DNA from: Candidatus Curtissbacteria bacterium RIFOXYA1_FULL_41_14
GTDB taxonomy: Bacteria; Patescibacteriota; Microgenomatia; Curtissbacterales; GWA2-41-24
DNA length: 64,000 nt
Direction of reading: 5' to 3'
NCBI GenBank assembly: GCA_001775095.1
Contig: MFCA01000025.1
Coordinates: forward strand, 22,994-86,993
Each line of letters starts with the position of its first letter. The first letter of the stretch is position 1. The position numbers and the translations under genes are program-made. Under the pieces are notes generated by a model. It did not search any database and had not been told where the DNA came from. It saw nothing but the letters and a program-made list of their open reading frames with translations. This document shows, piece after piece, positions 36,534 through 46,155 of the stretch.

Positions 36534-37763
36534 TTACTTAGTGAAATAGTGTTTAATTAAATTCCAAAGATCCGGATAGTCTTTGTCATATCCTAGGGTC
36601 CAGATAGCAATCCCTCCTAAATTATGTGTTTTTGCAAAATCAAACTTTATTTCAATTGATTTATTATCTTCTAACCAAACCTCTCTTTGAATTTTGTTTA
36701 AATCTGTGTAAGCACACCAGGTTGCTTTGGCCGTATCATCCCATTGACAGTTTTGGGGCTTCAGGTCTGTGTTTGTTCTGGCTCTCCCGTAAGAAATAAC
36801 CTCAGGATACCCATTTTCGTCATTTTGAGGAAGAACCTTACTTAGGGCGACAGTATTGTCTTCAACCGGATAATCCCAACCATAATAAGGAACTCCCATA
36901 ATCAATTTTTCTTTTGGCACCACTTTCTGGAAATCGTTGTAGGTGGTCTTAACATCGAAGAAGTAACTTGTTTGGTCGGCAGAAGGGTTGGCAATATAGC
37001 CAAAGATGGGGGCTACCGGACCGGCAAGGTCAGAAGAGCCTGAGTAGTAATCATAAGACATAACAATTACTTTATCGAAAAGCGGCGCCAGGGAAGCTAC
37101 ATCATTAAGCCTGGGTTTTTCGACAGATAAAGGGAAAAAATCTATGCTCAGCTCTGTTTTAGGAGATTGGGTTCTAAAAGTTGAGGTCAGCTCTTTAGCA
37201 AAATTGGTAAACTCGGATTGGTATTTATCATCCGGCTCTCCATCATATTCAAAATCAAGATTTAGTCCATCGATTTTATTTGACTTTACAATCTGGATCA
37301 GGTTACTGATAAGAGTCTTTTGAGCCGAAGGGTTATCAAGAAAGCTTTCCAAAGTTTTATTCTTTTGCATGGCAATAGTTAAACCAAATTTTGCCCCTGT
37401 GATTTGAGTTTTAGCAATTAAATTTTGGATTGTGGGAGAGCTCCACCACCTCCAGCCGGGATCAGTTTCATTGTTAACTATTTTAATAATTTGCCCATTC
37501 TCATCGACGCTTAAGCTGAAAAAGAAAACCTCTGATAAAAGATCAAAGTGCAGATATTTTGAATTATCTAAATTCCAATAGGGTAAAAATCCGACTACAT
37601 CTTTTTGCATCTTCGCATGAGAGTGACCTAAATTAGAAAGTATGTATTGTCCGGAAACTAAAGGAGAGACAGTAGGATAACGGAAGTGAAGATATAAGCC
37701 TATGCCAGTAAAAATCAAAAAGAGAGCAGGAAAAATATAAAAAAAGGCTTTTTTATCCACCAT
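36534..37763 (-). CDS. Glycoside hydrolase family 18 (chitinase-like), membrane-anchored
   Basis: N-terminal TM helix. The DGLNLDFEY catalytic motif (DxxDxDxE) is present. Confidence 0.75.
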   Translation of the reverse strand: MVDKKAFFYIFPALFLIFTGIGLYLHFRYPTVSPLVSGQYILSNLGHSHAKMQKDVVGFLPYWNLDNSKYLHFDLLSEVFFFSLSVDENGQIIKIVNNETDPGWRWWSSPTIQNLIAKTQITGAKFGLTIAMQKNKTLESFLDNPSAQKTLISNLIQIVKSNKIDGLNLDFEYDGEPDDKYQSEFTNFAKELTSTFRTQSPKTELSIDFFPLSVEKPRLNDVASLAPLFDKVIVMSYDYYSGSSDLAGPVAPIFGYIANPSADQTSYFFDVKTTYNDFQKVVPKEKLIMGVPYYGWDYPVEDNTVALSKVLPQNDENGYPEVISYGRARTNTDLKPQNCQWDDTAKATWCAYTDLNKIQREVWLEDNKSIEIKFDFAKTHNLGGIAIWTLGYDKDYPDLWNLIKHYFTK

Positions 37764-37765
37764 TT

Positions 37766-38110
37766 TTAGTAACCTACATCCTTGTAAAACCTAAGCTGGT
37801 TGTTAAGTTCCCTGTTGAATGAATTTATAAAGCTTGTGGTTAGCCAAATTGTTAATAAAATTGAAATTATGGTTAGAAAAATCGCGGCAAGTCCAATTTT
37901 TTTTGATTTTTCATCCTGTTGTCTTAAATAACGAACGGCAGGCCAAAGTCCAAAAGGCGGAAGAAAAAAACTTATAACATAAACTGTCAACTGCCGTGAG
38001 AAGGTTGTGGACGGGGGTTTATCTTTTAGCTTCTTCCCGCACTGGTGGCAAAAATATTCTGTTGGTAAAATATTCTTATTACAGTTGGGACAAGTTAGTT
38101 GTAATTCCAT
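37766..38110 (-). CDS. Zinc-ribbon plus TM small protein
   Basis: CPNCNKNI...CHQCGKK followed by two TM helices. It is 114 aa long. Confidence 0.45.
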   Translation of the reverse strand: MELQLTCPNCNKNILPTEYFCHQCGKKLKDKPPSTTFSRQLTVYVISFFLPPFGLWPAVRYLRQQDEKSKKIGLAAIFLTIISILLTIWLTTSFINSFNRELNNQLRFYKDVGY

Positions 38111-38155
38111 ATCATGTCAATATTACTACATTTCTTGATATGTATAATGAAATCA

Positions 38156-38295
38156 ATAAACTTCCGAGGGCTAAAAGCCCTCGGTATTTGCTCTTCAAGT
38201 TTACATGAGAGAGCAGAATACCCTCGGAAGTATGTATTCGCTTTCGCATTCATCCGAGGATTAATAATCCTCGGTATTCTGCGAGCGAATATAAA
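38156..38295. repeat. Structured repeat family 2, copy B (about 140 nt), immediately 5' of the 38307 gene
   Basis: See copy A. It contains five ccgagg/cctcgg hexamers in alternating orientation, able to form mutually exclusive hairpins. It ends 11 nt before the ATG at 38307. Confidence 0.7.
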
Positions 38296-38306
38296 ATCTA
38301 CTTGAC

Positions 38307-39863
38307 ATGAGCTATCTTGCTTCCCGAAAAAAAGTTTTGGCGCTTTTGTTGATTTTAGTGGTGTTTTATGTCTTTCAATTAAAATATTTACAGAAGAGCA
38401 TTTTTAACATTCAATTTGTAGATGAGGACGACAATTTTGTAACAGGTGCTTGGATACTACGGGGCCAAAAATTATATAAGGACATATTTTTTCAGCATCA
38501 GCCAACTGCAACATATATCAGTGCCACAGTACAAGAAATAACAAAGCCAAATAGTATCTTTCTTTTGGTTAAGCGTCATCGGGAGTTAATTTATCTTTAT
38601 TCTGCTGCCGCTTTTTTCTTCTTAACTCTAAGGTTTGGTTTTGCGGGCTTTGCGACAGCAGTACTATACGAGACAACTAAGTTCTATTTTTTGGGTAATT
38701 TATTTTTGGCTGAGACTCTCGTAATACCGCCGCTATTATTCGTGACCGGACTCATTCACGAAACAGTTTTCAAAAGAGAAAAATTATCCAGTAGACTTAA
38801 TTTGGCGGTAGCATTAATTTCGATAATCTTTATTCAATGGACCCTGTTACCCTTGGCTCCATTTGCAATAATATCTTTTGCCATTATTTGGTATTTATCT
38901 TCAAAACATTTGAGGAGTTTCTTTCTGAAATTCATAGGTATTTATATCCTACTTTTATCTTTCATTTTTCTTAAGTTATTCCCCATTTCTGGTTACCTCA
39001 AAGACACCGTATTTATAACTTCAACTCAAAATATTCCGGCAGAAGTTGGTCATCTGGGTATCTTTATTGCAAGATTTTTCTTTTATCCTTTATTTGCCAT
39101 TGATTTTCAAAACAGCGGATTTTTCCTTACATTTAAAGTTTTATCTATCTTCTTTGTAATTTCGCTTCTATTTCTTGTAAAAAGAAAGTGTAACCTTCTT
39201 GCTTTTCTTTCTGTTTTACTTTTTTGGCTTACAAATTTGCGGCCGGCCCCTTTTGGTCTTTTCTACAGCGGATTTCATTTGTTGCCAATGTATGTCGCCC
39301 TTCTCTGGCTCACCGTTTTAAATGCTAATTTTATAATTTTAAAATCAAATGGGAAAATTTCTAAAATATTAATTTCAAGTATTTTCTTTGGGACTTTAAT
39401 TTCGCTTTCTGCGATTTCGTACAAAAAAGAAATCACCACCACATTTGACAGGGAAAGTATTTTTTACACAAACTATTCACCCAGATTTGATTATGGAGAA
39501 GCTGTAAAACTTCTTTCTGAACCTCAGGATAAATTGATAGTCGGCTCCAGTGAGTCATTAATCTATTGGCAAAGCAAATTACTTCCTAGTTCGCCATTTT
39601 TCTATACTTACGCGTTTATGTATAAAAGTGATGCCTTGAAAAAGGAGGTAGGTGATAATTTTTCTAAAAGTTTACCAAAATTTTTCTATATTAATGGGGA
39701 TTTCGAGAATGACGCTATATATAGCAGTCAAGCAAACTATTACTCAAATGTGCTGCTTCGCGATAAACCTTCCAGACTTTATGTTTTAAAAAGCAAGTTA
39801 AAAGATATAACAGATGATAAATGGGAGGAAGTAAAAAGGTTAGGGTTTACTAAAAAGAAATAA
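38307..39863 (+). CDS. Polytopic membrane protein, putative GT-C-fold glycosyltransferase
   Basis: A 518-aa protein with more than 10 TM helices and an early acidic loop motif (FVDEDDNFVTGAW), reminiscent of PMT/ArnT-type enzymes. Confidence 0.4.
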   Translation: MSYLASRKKVLALLLILVVFYVFQLKYLQKSIFNIQFVDEDDNFVTGAWILRGQKLYKDIFFQHQPTATYISATVQEITKPNSIFLLVKRHRELIYLYSAAAFFFLTLRFGFAGFATAVLYETTKFYFLGNLFLAETLVIPPLLFVTGLIHETVFKREKLSSRLNLAVALISIIFIQWTLLPLAPFAIISFAIIWYLSSKHLRSFFLKFIGIYILLLSFIFLKLFPISGYLKDTVFITSTQNIPAEVGHLGIFIARFFFYPLFAIDFQNSGFFLTFKVLSIFFVISLLFLVKRKCNLLAFLSVLLFWLTNLRPAPFGLFYSGFHLLPMYVALLWLTVLNANFIILKSNGKISKILISSIFFGTLISLSAISYKKEITTTFDRESIFYTNYSPRFDYGEAVKLLSEPQDKLIVGSSESLIYWQSKLLPSSPFFYTYAFMYKSDALKKEVGDNFSKSLPKFFYINGDFENDAIYSSQANYYSNVLLRDKPSRLYVLKSKLKDITDDKWEEVKRLGFTKKK

Positions 39864-39871
39864 CTTGTACC

Positions 39872-40639
39872 TTACGCAGTCCTGATTAACTGAAGCATTT
39901 GCGGGTGAAGTAAGCCGTTTGTGGCAAGAGATGTTTCGCCTAAAGCGTACTCATCACCTTTAAAATTGGAATATTTCCCTCCGGCTTGTTTGATAATTAT
40001 TTGGTATGCTGATATATCCCAAGCCTTCATCCCTATTTCAAAAAAGACGTCTGATCGACCAGTAGCAATAAGATGGTAGCCATAGGTATCGGCAAATCCC
40101 CGCATATTCAAAGCTTGTCTATCAACGGCTTTCACGATACTGGTAAATTTTGGGTTATCAAAATGATTTGGAGCGAAGTTTACAAAGGCCTTTTCAAGTT
40201 TTTTAATTTGGGAAACATGTATTGGTTTATTATTAAGAGTGGCTTTTTCAATGGATGAAGCAAATAAAAGTTCATCAATAGCAGGCATATTAGAGACGCC
40301 GAGTATTATTTTCCCCTGATGTTTTAAGCCAAGTACAGTTCCAAAGAAGCCTAAGCCGTGAATAAAATTCTTCGTGCCGTCAATCGGGTCTATAATCCAT
40401 ATAAATTCGGCGTTCTTCTTATCTTCCCCAAATTCCTCTCCCATAAAACCATGCGACGGGAAAGTTTTCCTTATTGTGGTTACAATTATTTCTTCTGCTT
40501 CCCTATCCGCTTTGGTAACAGGCGTACTGTCGGCTTTTGTTTCAACCTTTGGTTGATTTTTAAAATAATAAAGGATCCTTTTCTCTGCTTTCCATATAGC
40601 CTCAAGTGCTACCTTTTTGAATTCAGTAAGGTCATTCAT
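39872..40639 (-). CDS. Inositol monophosphatase family protein (SuhB/CysQ-like)
   Basis: WIIDPIDGTKNFIHG and the metal-binding motifs of the IMPase fold. Confidence 0.8.
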   Translation of the reverse strand: MNDLTEFKKVALEAIWKAEKRILYYFKNQPKVETKADSTPVTKADREAEEIIVTTIRKTFPSHGFMGEEFGEDKKNAEFIWIIDPIDGTKNFIHGLGFFGTVLGLKHQGKIILGVSNMPAIDELLFASSIEKATLNNKPIHVSQIKKLEKAFVNFAPNHFDNPKFTSIVKAVDRQALNMRGFADTYGYHLIATGRSDVFFEIGMKAWDISAYQIIIKQAGGKYSNFKGDEYALGETSLATNGLLHPQMLQLIRTA

Positions 40640-40688
40640 ATTTCAAATTGTACCAAATATTAATGTACCCTTCTGTTATAATTCGTTC

Positions 40689-40994
40689 ATGCAAATTACT
40701 TCCGAAATTAAGGATATATTTTCAACTAGAGATAAGGCTGTTGCAAAACAGGATGAAAAGCTCTTTTTGTCCACTCAAATTGCGGAGATTGAAGGTGGAT
40801 CGAGTGAAGGGTATCTGGATATAGACAAAATGAAAACAGAAGTGCTTTACGTCCTAAATGAGAGTGAAATTGAAAAAGTTGTTTTTGCTAAGGAAACCTA
40901 TCTGCCAAAGGGAAAAAAGTCACATCACGGCTTCATAATCTACTTTTTGACCAACACTGTCAAAGGTTGGAAGATTTACAAAGTTCGTTACTGA
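40689..40994 (+). CDS. Hypothetical protein
   Basis: A 101-aa ORF. The track start at 40617 overlaps the IMPase gene. MQITSE at 40689 is more likely. Confidence 0.35.
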   Translation: MQITSEIKDIFSTRDKAVAKQDEKLFLSTQIAEIEGGSSEGYLDIDKMKTEVLYVLNESEIEKVVFAKETYLPKGKKSHHGFIIYFLTNTVKGWKIYKVRY

Positions 40995-41044
40995 TTTAGG
41001 TGTATCTCGACTTTATTTGGAGAACGAGGTATATTTGATCTAGA

Positions 41045-41236
41045 ATGAAAAACGGAAAATGGAGAGGGCCGTGTACCCCAGGTGGAGGTGCAGTTTATGG
41101 ACTGGGCTTAATCGGCGCGCTGGTTTATTTCATCCAACAGTCAACTACGTTTGGACAGGGAGTTCTTGGTGTGTTAAAATCCATCGTCTGGCCGGCAATA
41201 CTGGTATACAAACTCCTTGAGCTTCTCCAATTATGA
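41045..41236 (+). CDS. Small membrane protein
   Basis: A 63-aa ORF with one TM helix, overlapping the next ORF by 4 nt. Confidence 0.35.
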   Translation: MKNGKWRGPCTPGGGAVYGLGLIGALVYFIQQSTTFGQGVLGVLKSIVWPAILVYKLLELLQL

Positions 41237-41709
41237 TTCTTAAAATCATCTATTCAATATTTATTGGAGTTCTTTTTGCTGTGCTTGTTGGGGTTGGAAT
41301 TGCGGCGTTTTATCCTGAACCTAAGCCTCCCGAATACCCTTCCGCATTGAAAATTCCAAGAGAAGGAGGATTGAATCAACCGGTTTTTAACGAGTTGAAG
41401 GGGGAGCAGGAAGAATTCGATCGGCTTGAGAAAGCTTTTGAGCAGAATTTGGAAACCTATAACCGTAATGTTTCAATCATAGCAATAGTTGCTTCAATTA
41501 TTACCTTAGTAGTCAGCCTGACGCTTTTTGGCAAACTTCTTCTTATTGCTGACGGATTACTTCTCGGGGGCGTATTAACACTTCTTTATAGTATTATCCG
41601 GGGCTTTGGTAGCGGTAATAACAAGTTTCAATTTATTATAGTTTCTTTAAGTTTTACTGTTGCTCTTATTCTTGGATATATTAAACTAGCCAAACCTCCA
41701 AAAGCTTAG
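41233..41709 (+). CDS. Hypothetical membrane protein (3 TM)
   Basis: A 158-aa protein with an N-terminal TM helix, a coiled soluble segment and two C-terminal TM helices. Confidence 0.45.
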   Translation: MILKIIYSIFIGVLFAVLVGVGIAAFYPEPKPPEYPSALKIPREGGLNQPVFNELKGEQEEFDRLEKAFEQNLETYNRNVSIIAIVASIITLVVSLTLFGKLLLIADGLLLGGVLTLLYSIIRGFGSGNNKFQFIIVSLSFTVALILGYIKLAKPPKA

Positions 41710-41736
41710 TTACCAAGAGATTGATGCATGTAAATT

Positions 41737-42036
41737 TCAGGGAGTGAATTTGATTTCCAGATGAGAATTAAGGGCTTGAGCTAATTTTTTAAGGAAACCA
41801 ATGGAAGGATTAGCCCTGCCCGATTCGAGTCTCGAAATAACTGATTGTTTTGTACCAAGTTTTTTAGCTAGTTCTTCTTGTGAAATGCCATTCATACTTC
41901 TTGCTCTGACAATAGCTCTAATTACTGCGAATTCCGGCTGTTGACGGTCGTACTCCGCTTTTAATTCAGGATCTTTTAAAACTTGCTTTTTCCAAGTATT
42001 AAAATCCAAATGTTTTCTGTCTTTAGGTTGAATCAT
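41737..42036 (-). CDS. XRE-family HTH antitoxin (HigA-like)
   Basis: C-terminal HTH 'ISQEELAKKLGTKQSVISRLESG'. It lies immediately downstream of the RelE/HigB-like gene. Confidence 0.75.
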   Translation of the reverse strand: MIQPKDRKHLDFNTWKKQVLKDPELKAEYDRQQPEFAVIRAIVRARSMNGISQEELAKKLGTKQSVISRLESGRANPSIGFLKKLAQALNSHLEIKFTP

Positions 42037-42060
42037 ATTATAAGGATTATAGCATATATG

Positions 42061-42390
42061 CTATACTAATTCTCCCATCCTGTCAAGTGCGGTTTTCAAT
42101 TCTTTTGCTGGTGTTTTTTGAGACTTCTTTTTAAAAGCATGCAAAAGGTAATATTCCCCGTTTTTGATTGTATAAAAGATTCTAACTGCTACTTTCCCCG
42201 AAATCCGCAACTCATACAATTTATTTTTGACTTTTTTAATATAAGGTGGTTTCAGGTAAGGACCATCGGTTTCCAAAAGTTCAATAGCACCTATGAGCTT
42301 AGCATATGTCGGTTTATTCTGTTCGATCATAAAATCTTGAACAGGATAATTGCCTCTTGTGATTTGGAAGAATTTAACTTTCCATGCCAT
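42061..42390 (-). CDS. RelE/ParE-superfamily toxin, Gp49/HigB-like (DUF891)
   Basis: A 109-aa protein. The MAWKVKFF...YLLHAFKKKSQKTP pattern is typical of HigB/Gp49-like toxins, with a toxin-first arrangement. Confidence 0.65.
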   Translation of the reverse strand: MAWKVKFFQITRGNYPVQDFMIEQNKPTYAKLIGAIELLETDGPYLKPPYIKKVKNKLYELRISGKVAVRIFYTIKNGEYYLLHAFKKKSQKTPAKELKTALDRMGELV

Positions 42391-42419
42391 GACTTTAGTC
42401 TAGCAAAAAACAAGTTATC

Positions 42420-43607
42420 TTAAGAGGTCAGGGTAAGATTTCGACTTCTTGTCAGAATTAACAAAGCAACGCTGCCGACCCCTGCAAAAATGGCTCCGTA
42501 GATAAAAACAGCCGAGTGACCGACTTTATCCCACAATTGTCCGGCAACAACACTTGCAATGAGTCCGGTTAAACCAACCGTTGTGTTATACCAGCCTACC
42601 CCGCTTGCCCTAAGCGCTTGAGGCACAAAATCGGTCGCGAATGCTTTACCGACAGAACGAAAGGTACCCTGATATAGACCGTACAGGGCAAAAAGTCCGG
42701 CTACAACCAGAATATTTCCGGTTATGGCGAAGCCGACATAGGTAGTAAAAAAGATAAGAAAGGCAGCAAGCAGTATATTTTTCCGGCCGAATTTGTCCGA
42801 CAAAAATCCTGAAGGGTAGGAAATCAGGGCTGCTATCAGGTTATATACCGCATAAATTAAGATGGTTGCCTCAAGTGAGACCCCCAGGCTTTTAGTCTGC
42901 AGAATCAGGAAAGCATTGCTTGAATTACCAATCCCAAAAAGCATAATCACAGAAAGGTATTTCCAATAATCTTTGGGGAACTGACGAAAGTTAACGTCAA
43001 GCTTGGCCTTTGATTTTACTTTGACTTTCCCCTCTTTAACAAACAGGATCATCAAAACTGCCAAAAGACCCGGTATTATTGCCAGGTAGAAAATATGGCG
43101 GATATCTACATGAAATGAAAAAAGGATAAGCACAGCAATTAAAGGGCCCAAAAATGCCCCCAAGTGATCCCCGATTCCTTCCAGCCCGAAGGCTTTGCCT
43201 CTGCTTCTTTCGTCTGCCGATGCGGCGATCAATGCGTCTCGAGGGGCTGAGCGAGTTCCGGTTCCTATTCTATCGATAGATCTAAAAGCTAAAACTGCCT
43301 GCCAAATTGTGGCCAATCCAATTAAAGGTTTGGAAATTGCTGCCAGAATATAACCAAAAAGAGCAATTGGTTTCCTTTTTTGAATTTTGTCCGATAAATA
43401 GCCTGAAGCCCCCTGAATAATATTTTGAGCGGCCTCGGCTATGCCTTCCACAATGCCGACAATACTGCCCCCGACTTTGAGGTTTTGGGTTAGGAAGATG
43501 GGCAACACAGGATAAAGCATTTCTGTGGAAATATCGGCAAATAAACTGGCAAAAGCCAAAAGAAAAGTATTTTTTGATAGTCCACGAAAATATTTTTTAG
43601 CTAACAT
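42420..43607 (-). CDS. MFS transporter
   Basis: A 395-aa protein with 12 TM helices and MFS-type loop motifs (G..SDK.GRK). Confidence 0.8.
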   Translation of the reverse strand: MLAKKYFRGLSKNTFLLAFASLFADISTEMLYPVLPIFLTQNLKVGGSIVGIVEGIAEAAQNIIQGASGYLSDKIQKRKPIALFGYILAAISKPLIGLATIWQAVLAFRSIDRIGTGTRSAPRDALIAASADERSRGKAFGLEGIGDHLGAFLGPLIAVLILFSFHVDIRHIFYLAIIPGLLAVLMILFVKEGKVKVKSKAKLDVNFRQFPKDYWKYLSVIMLFGIGNSSNAFLILQTKSLGVSLEATILIYAVYNLIAALISYPSGFLSDKFGRKNILLAAFLIFFTTYVGFAITGNILVVAGLFALYGLYQGTFRSVGKAFATDFVPQALRASGVGWYNTTVGLTGLIASVVAGQLWDKVGHSAVFIYGAIFAGVGSVALLILTRSRNLTLTS

Positions 43608-43682
43608 TTTAGATATGCATATCGTAACATTTTTTGTTATTTAACTTCTTCTTGTATAATGAGGGGCACGTTCCGCACGTCT

Positions 43683-43790
43683 GTCATTCTGGCCCTTCGG
43701 TCTTGAGCTCAGGGTCGAAAGGCTTGTCCAGAATCCATATCTTGATTAGATTCTGGAGTCGTCGAGTCAGACTCGACTCCCCAGAATGAC
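43683..43790. repeat. Full-length copy (108 nt) of the palindromic structured element in the dxr 5' region
   Basis: gtcattctgg-[cccttcggtcttgagctcagggtcgaaaggctt]-gtccagaatcc-atatcttgatta-gattctggagtc-gtcgagtcagactcgac-tccccagaatgac. It has nested inverted repeats and a -10-like tataat about 25 nt upstream. Confidence 0.8.
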
Positions 43791-43822
43791 AAATGGGAAA
43801 TCGTGATGACAAAAAGTACAGC

Positions 43823-45001
43823 ATGAAAAATATTGCACTTTTAGGATCAACAGGTTCTATCGGTACCCAAACACTTGATGTCGTTAGTCAATTCCCCGGT
43901 TCCTTCAAAGTCACAGGCCTTGCTGCGGGTTCAAATATACAGCTATTAAAACAACAGGTTTCTAAATTTCACCCAAAGGAGATTTCAGTTAAAGACGAAG
44001 GGGATGCCGCGATATTGCAGAAAGATTTTAAAAAGGACAATTTGAAGGTTTATTTCGGTGACGAGGGTATTGTAAGAGTCGCAACCAATCCAAGAGTTGA
44101 GACAGTCGCGGTGGCAACTTCGGGCCTAGCCGGTATTAAGCCGACTCTTGCCGCAATTAGGGCGCACAAAACCGTGGCTTTAGCAACTAAAGAAGTTTTA
44201 GTCTCGGCAGGTAGTGTCGTGATAACCGAAATCAAAAAAAAGAAAGTTAAGCTTCTGCCTATAGATTCTGAGCACAGCGCAATTTTTCAATGCTTGGAAG
44301 GTAAAAGCACCCAAGAAATAGCCACAATATATTTAACATGTTCGGGCGGGCCCTTCCGTACAAAAACTTTCAAAGAATTAAAAAACGTGAAGGCTAGCCA
44401 AGCTCTTAAACACCCTACCTGGAATATGGGCAAGAAGATAACTATTGATAGTGCAACTCTGATGAATAAGGGTTTTGAGATTATTGAAGCGATGTGGTTA
44501 TTTAAAGTTCCACTGGCCAAAATTAAAGTTATTGTCCATCCGCAAAGCGTCATCCATTCGGCCGTAGAATTTGTCGATGGGTCGATTATCGCCCAACTTG
44601 GTCCTGCCGATATGCGCCTGCCTATTCAACATGCTCTTTTCTATCCCCATGAAAGAAGACCGAATAATTTCAAACGCTTCAGATTTAGCGACTATCCAGC
44701 TCTTTCTTTTGAAGAACTGGATTTAGACAAATTTCCATGTCTGGCACTCGCTTACCAAGCGGCAAGACTTGGTGGTACCTGTTGTGCTGTTTTAACAGCA
44801 GCAAATGACGTAGCTGTTGAGGCGTTTTTAAAGGATGAACTATCCTTTTATGGTATACCCAGGGTTATCGAAACGACCCTGGCAAAGCATCGCAACAAAA
44901 AGCGTCCTAAAATCGAAGAAATTTTAGAAAGCGATCTTTGGGCAAGAAAGACAGCAGGGCAACTTGTTAAAATTTCAGGCCGAGGATTTGGCCGCAGGTA
45001 G
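43823..45001 (+). CDS. dxr: 1-deoxy-D-xylulose 5-phosphate reductoisomerase
   Basis: The NIALLGSTGSIGTQTLDV NADPH-binding motif and the DXR core. The alternative start at 43793 lies inside the element terminus. Confidence 0.9.
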   Translation: MKNIALLGSTGSIGTQTLDVVSQFPGSFKVTGLAAGSNIQLLKQQVSKFHPKEISVKDEGDAAILQKDFKKDNLKVYFGDEGIVRVATNPRVETVAVATSGLAGIKPTLAAIRAHKTVALATKEVLVSAGSVVITEIKKKKVKLLPIDSEHSAIFQCLEGKSTQEIATIYLTCSGGPFRTKTFKELKNVKASQALKHPTWNMGKKITIDSATLMNKGFEIIEAMWLFKVPLAKIKVIVHPQSVIHSAVEFVDGSIIAQLGPADMRLPIQHALFYPHERRPNNFKRFRFSDYPALSFEELDLDKFPCLALAYQAARLGGTCCAVLTAANDVAVEAFLKDELSFYGIPRVIETTLAKHRNKKRPKIEEILESDLWARKTAGQLVKISGRGFGRR

Positions 45002-46151
45002 ATATCAACTCCCCCGCCTTTTGACCTCTGGTTCTGGCGAGGTTGACAAGAATTTCCAAAGCTCTTGGCGTATTAAGATTTTCATCCATGACTTTAAAAA
45101 ATGCCGGCAATAATTTTTTGGCTTGTTGACTGGTTAGTTTTGGATTTTTTTGAGAAGATTTTTCTAAGGTTTGGGCAGTTTTAACAGATTCATCCAACTT
45201 TCTTTGTTCATAATTCCATGCTTTTTGCCAATGATGAGAGAGAAGAAAAATTCTAATTGCATTAGGGCTATATTTCTTAAGAAGGTCATAGACAAAAACC
45301 ATGTTGCCAAGGCTTTTGCTCATTTTCTTGCCTTCACAGTAAACCATGGCTGTATGCATCCAGATTTTGACAAATTTTTTACCTGTGTAGTTTTCACTTT
45401 GGGCGATTTCCGCCTCGTGATGAGGAAAAAGCAGATCTGACCCCCCACCGTGGATGGTGATTGTCTGCCCGAGGTATTTCATACTCATTGCTGAACACTC
45501 AATATGCCATCCGGGTCTGCCTCTACCCCATGGAGAATTCCAAAAAGGCTCGATAAATTTCTCGCTTGCAGACCAGCCGGCAGATGTTTTGGACTTTTGC
45601 CAAAGGACAAAATCCAATGGATCCTTTTTATTGGGATCCAAGGGAAAATTTCCCCGGTCATTGGCGATTTCCAGCATTGCCCCATAGCTGAATCTGGAAA
45701 GATCGCCAAATTTTTGGTCGCTTTTGACATTAAAATACACCGAACCATTGACTTCGTAAGTCAAACCCTTGTCAACTAAAACCTTAATAATCGAAATCAT
45801 TTCGTTTATGTGTTTTGTCGCCCAAGGAAAGAAGTCCGGCCGGAGAAGCCCAAGTCTATCCATGTTTTTCAAGTGTTTTTTGGTTTCCGTTGTTGCCAGT
45901 TTTTTCCAATTGGTACTGGTCAATTTGGCGTGGATTAATATATCGTCATCAATGTCCGTGACATTCTGGACATAAATGACTTTGCCGCCCAAAAACCTCA
46001 AATATCTGACAAGAACATCATATATAAGAAATGTGAAAGCGTGACCGATATGAGTTGTATCATAAGGCGTAATCCCGCAGACATAAATGCCAATCTTTTG
46101 AGAAATATCAACGTTTTCAAATTTGCGGGAGAAAGAATTGTAGAGTTTCAT
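44967..46151 (-). CDS. cysS: Cysteinyl-tRNA synthetase
   Basis: HIGH motif (TTHIGHAFT), KMSKS, and zinc-binding Cys. Confidence 0.9.
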   Translation of the reverse strand: MKLYNSFSRKFENVDISQKIGIYVCGITPYDTTHIGHAFTFLIYDVLVRYLRFLGGKVIYVQNVTDIDDDILIHAKLTSTNWKKLATTETKKHLKNMDRLGLLRPDFFPWATKHINEMISIIKVLVDKGLTYEVNGSVYFNVKSDQKFGDLSRFSYGAMLEIANDRGNFPLDPNKKDPLDFVLWQKSKTSAGWSASEKFIEPFWNSPWGRGRPGWHIECSAMSMKYLGQTITIHGGGSDLLFPHHEAEIAQSENYTGKKFVKIWMHTAMVYCEGKKMSKSLGNMVFVYDLLKKYSPNAIRIFLLSHHWQKAWNYEQRKLDESVKTAQTLEKSSQKNPKLTSQQAKKLLPAFFKVMDENLNTPRALEILVNLARTRGQKAGELISTCGQILGLKF

Positions 46152-46155
46152 CTAT

